64,000 nucleotides of DNA from Azolla caroliniana (taxonomy: Eukaryota > Plantae > Polypodiophyta), in NCBI GenBank assembly GCA_043228905.1, contig JBHGNT010000005.1, forward strand, positions 22,444,001-22,508,000, written 5' to 3'. The translations under genes and the position numbers were made by a program. Positions 39,607-50,730 of the stretch are shown piece by piece. Position 1 is the stretch's first letter. Each line of letters starts with the position of its first letter. A model generated the notes under the pieces. That model was not told the DNA's origin, made no database searches, and saw only the letters and a list, made by a program, of their open reading frames with translations.

Positions 39607-40756
39607 TAGCACATATATGGATATGCGATATGTTTAATGATGCATTGCAACATGGTATGCCATATGATTGGACTACAAATTGGATCAAACCTTTACATAA
39701 AGGCGGAGATGTAAATAATGTAAACAACTATCGAACCATCATGGTTGGCTCGTTAATGGCAAAACTATTTGGATGTATAATGGAATCAAAGATAAGTGTA
39801 TGGGCAGAAAAAAATGGTAAGAGACCTTATGGACAAGCTGGTTTACCTGCCTCTTAGCGGCGTGTAACACATTCATTCCATTTATGATTTGAAGGAACTT
39901 CAAGGCCAAGATATTTGAAGCTTTCCACACGTTCAAGTGGCTCATTGTTGTACATAATGCATGGTTTATCTCTTTTTTGACTATTCACAAGCATATTCTT
40001 TGTTTTAGAGCTATTGACACTTAATCTAGTATGCATGCAAATTTTTTCCAATGCCTTCATAAGCTTTTGTGCATCTCCTGAAGTATTTGCAAAAAACACT
40101 ACATCATCCGCATATAACAAAAGCATAATCACAACATTCCCAATGGCAACTTCTTCAACACATTCTTCCTTTACAAACTTGGTAACCATTTCTTCTAATT
40201 CATCAATGCATAGACCAAATAATGTTGGTGAGAGTGGACATCCTTGCTTAACACCAATAGTGCTATTGAAAAAATTTGAAAGTCCATCTCTCATACGCAC
40301 ACAACATATAACCTTCTCATATATTCGGGAAATTGCAAGCATATATTCACTTGGCACCTCAAGTTCTTCCATCCGCCTCCAAAGATGCTCACAAGTTACC
40401 ATATCAAAAGCTTTCTTGAAGTCTACAAAGCAACAATATATACCTTTACCTCTAAGTTGACTTTCCTCCATTGATACTCGAAGAGTGACAAGATGATCAA
40501 TGGTGCTATGGTGTTTTCGAAAACCAGCTTGTCCATAAGGTCTCTTACCATTTTTTTCTGCCCATACACTTATCTTTGATTCCATTATACATCCAAATAG
40601 TTTTGCCATTAATGAGCCAACCATGATGGTTCGATAGTTGTTTACATTATTTACATCTCCGCCTTTATGTAAAGGTTTGATCCAATTGGTAGTCCAATCA
40701 TATGGCATACCATGTTGCAATGCATCATTAAACATACCGCATATCCATATATGTGC

Positions 40757-40820
<64 letters not shown>

Positions 40821-41805
40821 AAGTCACATGCAATCTTGGAGATATTAAGTGTTGGGTCCTCAAGAAATATCTTTTTGACACTTTGGTGACCCCGATTCTT
40901 CTCTATGGGGTGGAAGTATGGGGCGGTAGCATCCCTAAATCTACGTGGAAAGAGTTTGAAAATGTCCAAAAACATTTTCTTACAAAGTTTCTACAAGTTA
41001 AGAAACAAATGCTCTACACCCTCCTCCTCCTTGAGACAGGATCGCTTCCCATTGAGATCATGGCCATGGAAAGGGTTGTTGAATACATGCTTAAGGTTCA
41101 AAAAAGCCCCTCACATCAACTTCCTAGAATTGCATGGGAAGCAAGCAAAAAGATCTAAAAGACGCATAAAAGCAAAATTGTGTTCTGGTTGGATGCAAGA
41201 TTTAGAAAAATGATTTGGTAGATGGGATGCAAGACACTTGCTTCATGATGCGTCACTAGATTCCTCTATAAATGAGGCCTTTTTGCAACGCTAATGTATC
41301 ATGACATGGGACAAATGTGGTGGCTCACGCTTCACACATTACACTACAAATGTTGCACCTAACTACAAAACCATATTCTTCGCGGAACGGGGAAGCCATA
41401 GACATCGATACATGTTAGAGCCCATCCTGATATCTGCCATTCGAACCATTGCTTCCATGCGACTTAGCTCGCACGCATTGAGATGTGAGACGGGGCGTTG
41501 GGGCACAAGTGATGAGAGTGGCTGACTATGCATACTTTGCCCTAAACAAGTTCGAGAGTCTGAGTATCACACTTTGATACAATGCTCTACCTTTGATCAT
41601 ATTCGACCATGCTTTCCACATCTCTTCGATTGAGCCCAATCCTTGCACGAATTTCTCTCACAACCACGATATGCACTCTCGATTGCAACATTCATTGGTA
41701 AAGTTGTTGAACATCGAGAGTTGCTACTCACCTTCACACGTATCACGTGAAATGTAATACTTTTGGTCTCATAGGTCATATTTGACCTCCGAAGACGATA
41801 ATATA
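39604..41805 (+). mobile_element. 5'-truncated RTE-like LINE with an internal inverted duplication
   Basis: RT motifs on - at 39845-40760 (QAGFRKHHSTIDH, FVDFKKAFD, GVKQGCPLSPTLF, LLYADD, FKYLG). + strand copy of its first ~240 bp at 39604-39844. The 3' part is on + at 40819-41805 (PILLYGVEVW, RLSSHALRCETGRW) and ends in an ATCT/CT tail. Confidence 0.88.
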
Positions 41806-41914
41806 ATCTATCTATCTCTCTCTCTCTCTCTCTCAAAATGCACAATTATATTATAGCACATCATCTTTCTCTCTCTCTCTCTCTCTCTTAGAAGTTAATT
41901 TTCTTTCTTTCTTT

Positions 41915-42080
41915 GGTAAAAACACACAGTTATATTAAATGTATGTAAAATCCACTTGTTATAACACTCCTTAGTCTCCTCTACCTACCTATCCTATGTA
42001 GGGAGAGAGACACCTTATAATTGTAATGCCACTAGGAAACCTGAATATGCATTTGAGGATCATTTCCCACATGCTCTAAA
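41915..42080 (-). mobile_element. 3' end of an L1-type LINE
   Basis: Reverse complement matches 8267-8432. Confidence 0.75.
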
Positions 42081-42224
42081 ATCTAGAAATTCCACATAAG
42101 ATTAACTTTCAACTCTGTATATAGACTTTCATCCCATGCCAAGATCAAGACTAAGATCAAGTTGTGGCATAACAGAATAGGCCATATCAATCTCCAACAA
42201 CTTTGAGCTATGCAATTGAAGGGA

Positions 42225-42515
42225 GTCATCATCGGACTTTTGGCCTTTGAGATGAAACAAGTCAACCGAGTGTGTGAAGCATGCCAAATTGGAAAACAAC
42301 AATTCTCGAAGGAAAGAAATGTAAGTAAAGGCCTCTTGGACATGATTCACTCGGATGTATGGGGACCGACTCAAACGCCAATGATCGGAGGATGCCGGTA
42401 CTATGTCACCTTTATCGACGACTACTCCCATTTCACATAGATCTTCCCGATGAAGAAGAAGAGTGAAGTGTTCTCACACTTCCAAAAGTTCAAGAGCCAA
42501 GCGGAAAAAGAGACA
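42225..42515 (+). mobile_element. Copia integrase N-terminal fragment
   Basis: VCEACQIGKQ...LDMIHSDVWGP...YYVTFIDDYS. Confidence 0.85.
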
Positions 42516-42520
42516 AAAGT

Positions 42521-45300
42521 TCAAGAGCCATCTAACATATGGACTTCTTCGGCGTATATTGGGTTGTTGTCAGGAGTCGGGGTCCGTGCTTCCGTAAGAA
42601 TGCGGACTTTGGTTTTCCTGCGTTGAAATGAGATCATGTTATGCTGCCAGTGCTGCTTGATGTTGGCGGTAGGCAGCCATGGACGTCCAAGCAGGAGGGG
42701 GTAAGTGTCGGGGGCCTCTAAGCGTAAGATTACAGTTGACACGATAAAAGCGTGTCCTCCCAAGGTAAATTCCATGTTTCGGATGAGGCCTATCAGGCGT
42801 ATCGACCGTGTATCAACCATTCATAACCAAAATGGACACGGCTCCCATTGAGTGATGCCGATCTTGTTGCATGTCGTTTTGCTAAATGACATTGACGCCT
42901 GACCCACCATTGATAATGCATCTGGGAACTTCGTGACCTCGTAAGATGAGTTGTACGACTGGATTTTGTGAATCCATCAAAGGAGGTCCTCGTGTCGGGG
43001 CTGTGAGGTTTATGGATGGATGCAACAGATCCCGATTTGTGAGGGAATGGACCGTCTCCTTGAAGCGAGGTAACAAGTGGAGCAATTTATGCAATGCTGG
43101 CACCCGGAATTGGTATCAGTGTGATCAGTAGAGCTAGGTCGATCCGAGTGTGAGGTCTGTAGTTGGCCGTGTTTCCGTTCATTGGATTCCGCTATGTCGG
43201 CTTTCATACGGTCTATGTTGGCGTTATTCACTGCATCTACCTAGTCCTTAATCGGTATTAGTGTGATCGGTAGAGCTAGGTCAATCTGAGTGTGCGGTCT
43301 GTAGTTGGCCGTGTTTCCGTTCATTGGATTCCACTATGTCGGCTTTCATACGGTTTATGTTGGCGTTATTCGCTGCATCTACCGAGTCCTTAATCGGTAT
43401 TAGTGTGATCGGTAGAGCTAGGTCGATCCAAGTGTGAGGTCTGTAGTTGGCCATGTTTCCGTTCATTGGATTCCGCTATGTTGGCTTTCATACGGTCTAT
43501 GTTGGCGTTATTCGCCTGTTGCCGAACGGAGTCTTGGATGTCCCACTGCGATTGCTGCGTGGTCTTACTGCATGTGGTCACCTGCTGCATGTTGACCGTG
43601 ATCATGTTTACTGTCGGTGCTTTGCCCCTATTGTTGGTGGGGTACTTGTTGGCGTAGTGGCCTGGTTGATTTCAATTAAAGCAGGTGATAGGTGTCGAGG
43701 TACTGGGGTCGCTGTGCTCGAAGTGGGTTTGTGGTAGATTTTGTGGTTGATCTTCCCGCCCTTGTAGGGAATATCCCTGTGGAGGGTTGGCCCGAGCCTC
43801 CATTGAGGGATTGCGCCAGTTATTGTCGCATTGATTATCGCGATGACGATTGTCAAATTGTCGGCGGTTGCCAAAATTTCGGAAACCGTGATTATTTCGG
43901 AAGCCACGATAATTCTGTGGTGCATTGTGGCTGTAATCCCTACAGTAGTGGTGGTGATCTTGATGATAGTGCTAGTGCTCATTCGTGTGGTGTGATTGAT
44001 TGGGGTAGCGAAAGGGCCCGACACGATATTAGTTTTCCTGATTGTAACACGCCGTGTCAAAGGTACCCCCCGTGTTGTAATGGGGCCGTTTTTCTTCCCA
44101 CGGCCGTGTCACCTCTCTGTTCGGTGGGGGTGGTTGCCCCTGATTGGGACGAGGCTTATTTTGGTGAATTGTGGTCGTGTTCGTTCGGTTCAGCATGTTA
44201 TATTTGCACTGCTCTACCGTATGGACCTGTGAATGGCAAATGGGGCAGTGTGGTCATGAAGGACAGTCAAGGGTGGAGTGCCCAGATCTGGCGCATACCG
44301 TGCATTGTAGCGCTTGCTTGAATTGCGTTTCCTCAGTCGTTGGTAAGGCAGTTTGAAGCGTGCCCATTGCGAATGAATTGCTACGATGTGCCCTATCGAG
44401 CGCAAGAACGCGGGCAACCACTTGCTCGATGGTTTGTTGTGAAAAATCTATGAGAGCCAACGTTGTGCGTAAAGGCTCACGAAGGCCGGCCAAGAACGTA
44501 TCCATTAGATGGTTTGCTGAGACATTCTGTGCCAGTTGGTGGTGGAGATCTTGAAATCGGAGGACAAAATGGGATACGGTTTCGTTGGGTGCCTGTGCGA
44601 TTGTGTAAAGTTGCCGAAGCAATTTCCATTTGGGAATCTCTTGGTGGAATAATTCCAGAAATTGCGTGCAGACATCTTGGAATGTGGTGAACTCCCCAGG
44701 ATCATGTCGGGAATACCAGCGTGTAGCGGGGCCATCGAAGGAGAGAGTGAATTCGGCGATTTTGGAGGCGTCGATCTCTGTGTCAGTGAGCCATTGTGTC
44801 GAATGGTTGGCTTGCCATGTGTTGAGAACGGAGCGGATGTGGGCTTCGGCATCCAGGCCATCCGTGTAACATACATAGGGTGATACTACATTCTATCAAG
44901 ATCTGGGTCATTCGGAAGGGCCAGGAAACAGTTGCGCTCCGGTGGAGGTGAGACTTCCGGAGGACTTGGAGGGGTAGCAATTTCAAGACCAATATGTGAC
45001 TGTGAGTTTGGGATTACTGGTGGCGAAGATCGGGTTTCCGGATTGACTGATGGCGAGGCTCCCGATTCCATGGACGAATGTTGTGTGAGCACAGAATCGG
45101 CCGTGTCCTCGACAGGCTCTATGCGACGAGACGGTGGACAAGAGCGAGTACTTCTGTTGGGCGCCGTACTGACGACTGGGATTACCACCACGTGAGTTTG
45201 CTGTGCTACACAACATGAACCGGGCGTGCCATATTGTGTTGCCTTCCTCTCCGGAGGCGACACCTTCGATTCCTAACCGAAATCAGACCAAAGGACTGTG
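42521..45300 (-). mobile_element. Degenerate Ty3/Gypsy gag-protease region
   Basis: Gag QAPNETVSHFVLRFQDL...FLAGLREP; zinc knuckle CTVCARSGHSTLDCP; protease CIINGGSGVNVI and YPLLLGRPWL; several frameshifts. Confidence 0.8.
43108..43515. repeat. ~144-bp tandem repeat, about 3 copies, in the Gypsy gag-PR region
   Basis: gtgtgatc.gtagagctaggtc.atc..agtgtg.ggtctgtagttggcc recurs at about 43119, 43261 and 43403. Confidence 0.85.
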
Positions 45301-48109
45301 GTACGTGGTGGTCAGATCGCTTTTACGAAACGGGATGACACCCTACAGATTATGTTGTCGTGCCTTTCAACTCCGGATTGTTGTGTGAGTCGGGTGGGAA
45401 CCATTGAGGTTTTGGACTAGGAGAAAGAAGGGTACAATATAAGGCTAGTTATGAATAGGTAGAAAGAGAAGTAAGAAATAAAAACTTATGAATCCCACAT
45501 GTTAAGTGTATTTAATCAATATTTAGATTATAAGAAAGAGAATTTTTATGATAAACTCGTGAATACCACGAATATATTAGATTGATCAATCCTTGTAAAA
45601 TAATCAACATCATACATCTTTCTCTCCTCCTTATATAAGGATGGAAGAGGCTAAGCATAACTTCATGCTTTTTCTAAACTTTTCATGCAAACTAAATGTC
45701 CATGAGTTGCTTTTTACACTATGTTTTTATTTCCTAAATATAGTGCTCATGCTCGCTAGATGTGCATGAGTAATTTTTTATTGGTGTACATTTTTCTTAT
45801 AAATAAAGTATTCATACATTCTAAAAATGCATGACTTACCTTTTAATAAAGGTAGGCGTAAATAAAGGTGTTATATGTATTAAATCTATATTTAAAACGC
45901 TTAGGATAAGTTAGTACAATGGTAAGGTTGGGGTTTGTTTACATTGAGGTACACTTACCTTCTTTATCCGGCTCTTGCCGGTTCTGCTTGATCTGGTTCT
46001 TACCGGGTCTCCTTATCGGTTCCTCCTTCATCCGGTTCTCACCGGTTCTCCTTATCGGGTCCTCCTTACCGGTTCCTCCTTCATCCGGTGTCGTGAAGAT
46101 TTCCGGCTACGGTGTGAAACCGAGGTGGAAAGGGCAAGTCGGTGGTGTGCAACATGTGCACACATATAGTAGGAAAATGGTGTATAGAATAAAGGGGGAG
46201 TATTTGTCCCACATTGTAACGTCTCTCCCCCCTTGGGCTATAAAAGGAAGGGAGGGGTCCCTTTTGAAGGGGTTGCCCATTTTAGAGTTAGGAGGGTATA
46301 CCACTTAGGTCTAGGGTTTGGTAGTGTTCTTCCTCTACATCTTATTCTTGTTCTCTTAGGGTTTCCACTTTGGTCTTTTCACTCTATTTCGTTTAGGGTT
46401 TCATTTGAGTCTTCTTCTTCATTGTCTGATGGGTTTGGTTCACTCTTTAGAGTGGAAGTTAGTATTCCGTTTAGGTTCTTCTTCTTGAGAGAGTTCGTGT
46501 GAGTTAGGGTTTATGTACTTGGGGACTTCAGGTGTTACTCTCTCTTCTTTGTGTGAGAGTTTGGTTTGGTTTGGGGGTTCCTACAACGACGGCTTTAGGC
46601 ACTCTGGTGGTGGCACTTGGTGATTCGACTTCCTCTCCTCAATGGAGAGTGTTTCGTGTGGCGGCCGGTTTGAGAAGGGAGGACGAAGTGGCACGGGAAC
46701 ACTCCATCGTATTCGGGGCGTGACCAATGGTGGACGTTGCGGTCCCGACGGCCCACTTGATTTGCCTTCGCCGGTTCCCATTCTTGTCTTGATGTATTAG
46801 CCGATTGTTTTGTAATAGCCACCGGATTCGGGGCATGTAACCGTCTTGTTGTAAAGCTATTGTAATATATATTCATGTTGGTGTATATGTATCTTCCATT
46901 GTAACATATTTGAGTCGGGTCCATATTCACGGTGAACCGTCTTTTTGTGAAACCCTACATTCGTTGGAGTCGGAAGCTAATTCCGGACCGAAGCCTACAA
47001 AGCTTAAGGACTACCATCCGTCTCCCTAGTCCACGGCCCCCGCGGTCCCGCCTAAGATCCTACACGTACCCGCTGAAAACCGCGACATTTTTGGTGAACC
47101 CGACGTGAATGACGGCAAGGGAGAATGCAAGTGGAGGAAGAAGGCTTCGTGGTGAAGGCAATGTTGAAGGCGATGATGAACATACATGGAAGAAGGGTGG
47201 ACAAGAAACGGTTGAGAGTGCGGTAGAAGAAGTCGACCATTGGAGTGGGGATGGGGTCCCAAAATTTTTAAAGCCCACCATGCTCGGATTGAGAGGCAAT
47301 GAGGAGATGTATGAGAGGCAACGAGGCTAAAGTCTTTGCCTGGCGGTGGTAACTGTATGACATGAAGAGGACAAAGAGCTTCAAGAAGGTCATGGTTTGG
47401 GCTCTTTCGAGGGAGTTATCGAAGATGCACGGGCATGGGTGGTTGAAGAGGCAAATAGAGGTTGAGAAGGAAGACACCTTCTCGATGGATGCAGAATAAT
47501 GAGGAGGCCGTGTAGGGGTCCGGGTTCGGTACGATGGTGCCATTACGGGGAAGGTGTGGAACAAATCACCTTTTCAACTTGTGGAGGAATACGCCTCCCT
47601 ACATGCGGAGGTCGGAAGAGCATGCGACGGCGACGTGGGAGAGGGTGCGGAGCTAGCGACCCTCTCGTCTAGCGGAAAGGGGATGGCCATGGATGAGGCC
47701 GGTGACTACGGAATGGGAAGAGCCACTTCGAGAATGGGCGGAGGATTTGGGGCACGGTTGCCCAAAACATCAAGCAAGGAGGAGTCGGTTACCGGAATGG
47801 GTATTCGGCACGGAATGACGGACGAGTGGGGCCAAGACGGTAAGCCGGAGTTGGAAGGGGCTACGACAACGAAGGGAGAAGAGGCCGACATGGAGGTTGG
47901 GACTACGAAGGGGAGAAATGAAAGAGGCGGTTGACTGAAGTATGGGTCCTCCACACTCGTTCCGAAGACTTAGGCGGTTGCATCCGAGAACCAACGGAAG
48001 ACCTAAGAGACGGAAAGTGGCGGCGAGGACACGGAGGTCACGGCTAATACAACTGATCCAGGAAGAGGAGGAACGAAGACCGGTCCTATGGGTCACCTCA
48101 CACCGGGCT

Positions 48110-48990
48110 AGAGACTTCGGTGGTCGGCATTGGATCCGACGTAAGACCAAGATACTGACGATGGCAGTAGGAGAACGGGACGGTCGGCATCGGATCTGAC
48201 GTAAGACCAAGATACTGACGATGGCGACAGGAGAACCAGCAATACTGAGTGACAGTCGGACGAGAACCGGGCGAAGCAAACTTCCGGATAACCGATCCGG
48301 AAGGGAGGAAGAAGCAGGCCTACAAAGAGGCTGGGAACACGGTACGATGGTACCACGAGGGAGGGTGTGGAGCAAGCCACCCTCTCGACATGCGGAGAAG
48401 GATGACCCGAGAAAGGGTCGGGAAGACAAATTGGGACCCAAGGAAGATCCTAACACCGATCCGGAGACACCGATCCGGGCATGGCAACGTGAGACCGAGT
48501 GAGAAGGATGGTGGCGGCAGGAAACGGGAATCGGCGATGTGGGAAGTGCGGATGGGCGATCCTACGACGATCCTCACACCAATCCGGAGACACCGACAGT
48601 TCAAGCTGACGTGGCAACGTGAGACCGAGTGAGAAGGATGGTGGCGGCAGGAGAACGGGATCAAGCAGAGGGCCGACAAGGTGGCCACAAACCAAAACCG
48701 GACCTTCCGGCAAGGTCGATGGGACCTTCCGGCAAGGAAGACGTTCCTATGGGATCCTCACACCGATCCGGAGACACTGGCAATTCGAGCCGACATGGCA
48801 ACGTGAGAACGAGTGAGAAGGATGGTGGCGGTAGGAAACGGGAACCGGCGATGCGGGAAGTGCGGATGGGTGTTCCTATGGGCGATCATCACACCGATCC
48901 GGAGACACCGACAGTTCAAGCCGATGTGGCAACGTGAGACTGAGTGAGAAGGAAGGTGGCGGCAGGAAATGGGAACCGACGATGCAGGAA
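48110..48990. repeat. Tandem repeats inside element A (60-bp x2; ~130-bp core x4)
   Basis: cacc.atccggagacac...tggcaacgtgaga.cgagtgagaagga.ggtggcgg.agga recurs; reverse copies at 55900-56150. Confidence 0.85.
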
Positions 48991-49954
48991 GAGCGGATTG
49001 GGAGCCGGCAAGGCTAGAGTTGATGAGGGCCGAACCCTGACCGGCCGGTTACGGTTTCAGAAGGGAGCCGGTAAAAGGTGAGCGAGGAGTGGTGTGCCAA
49101 GCCGGATAGGCACACCCGGGAGCAGATCGAGAGACGTGCATGTGGTCATTAAGGGCCTGTTTGAAGCACGAGTAAGGGACGGTGTTCGGCACGGGCGGTA
49201 CCGAACAAGGACGACGGAAGATGGCACATGGCGGTGCCGGGAATGAGGTAACGAGCGCGCAACAGACTGCACGGGTCAGAGACCAGAAATGATATCACAG
49301 GCCGGAAAAGGATCCTCCACACCCACTTCGGAGATCTCAGTGGCTCAATCAGAGTGGCAACGACTGGCGTGGCAAGCCAAGCCCGAGATGACAAGCTGGT
49401 GGGGGCAAGGGGACGATGGCAAGCAGAAGGCTCCGGACCGGTCACAACAGTGCGAGACGAAAGGGAGCCAAGTGGGCTACTACAGGGTGTTCCTCGGACA
49501 CGGAGGACACCGGTATGCGGAGAGGAAGGCGATGCACGATCTAGCCGGGCAAGGGCCGACAACGCGTGCGAAAAGGGTAAACGGAGTTGGCACGGCGGTG
49601 CCAAACAACAAGGAGGGAATGCCGGCACACGGAGGTGCCGAAAGGGAGTATCGGCGCGAAGGATGGTTGCCGGTTTAGGTGATCTCGAATGGAAGGCCGG
49701 AGAGGGATCCTCCACACTGGTTCCGGAGACCTTGGCAGTCCGAGCCGATGTGGCAACATAAGACCAAGGAGGGAAGGTGGCGGTGAGGGGACGAATGCGA
49801 TGGGCAACAACACGGGACAACAACCGGGATGACGCGAAGGGCACCGACATGGAGGCCGGGGTGACGGCACGCTCTACCGTGAAAGAGCGCGGCAAGCAAG
49901 GGAAAAACATGGAGCGCGTAATCAGGTCACCTAAGGGCCAAAGAACGAGCGCGT

Positions 49955-50730
49955 TGTCGTGAAGAATTTCGGCCAGAGGCGGAAACCGGGAAACATTGGC
50001 TACATCGGCGGGGTGCATCATGTGTGCTCACCCTTGTACATTTAGTGTGAATAACGAGGGCGCCTTTATGCCCCCGAAGAGTAGTCCAGTAGGGACAGAC
50101 GATCCCATGTAAGTCGGGATTTATCCCACATTGTAAGGCATCCCTCTCCTTGTTCTATAAAAGGGAGGGAGCGCCCTTTGTGAAGGGGGTTGCCCATTTT
50201 GCGTTAGAGGGTATACCGTTAGATTTAGGGTTAGTTACATTCCTTCTTCTTCTTCTTCTTTCTCTCCCCCCCTTTTTGTGTTCGCTTAGGGTTTGCTTCA
50301 GCTCGTCTCTTGCGCAAGACCCCGCTCGGCGCGACAAGCCCGTGAGCTCCCCGACCGGTGGCTTGGCAGCCAACGACTACTGTAACCTACCTTGGTCCGG
50401 CTCGAAGCCGGGAATGTATTCTTCCCTTTATATATATACATTTGTGTCTGTCTGCATATATTCGCATCTCTGTTGGTGTCGGGTGCTTCCCCTTTCCTGC
50501 GTTTCCTGTACATAAGGGCGTGAGTCGGGTCGGCCTGTGTGTGTGTGTGTGTGCGTGAGTCGGTGTCAAGCGTGCGCTCCCTCTCTTTCTCTCTCTCCCT
50601 TCGGTTGCTTCCGGTGTGCTTCTGGGATGCCCCAGAAACGGCGAAGTACGACTTCCTACTCTCCGTCACTCCCTAGTCCAAGACCCCCGTGGTCCCGCCT
50701 TTCTCCACGCACGCGCGTAACAACGCGACA
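49955..50730 (+). mobile_element. Solo LTR of the Trp-Gypsy group
   Basis: TGTCGTGAAGA...AACGCGACA termini; TATAAAAG at ~50156; flanks GCGT/ACGT. Confidence 0.8.

Noticed and set aside
39854-40975. 373-aa ORF as a real protein
   Set aside because: It is a chimera of antisense LINE sequence, a microsatellite (LSLSLS) and an inverted RT segment.
47092-47109. tRNA gene
   Set aside because: Only the 18-nt complement of a tRNA 3' end (a PBS) is present; there is no cloverleaf.
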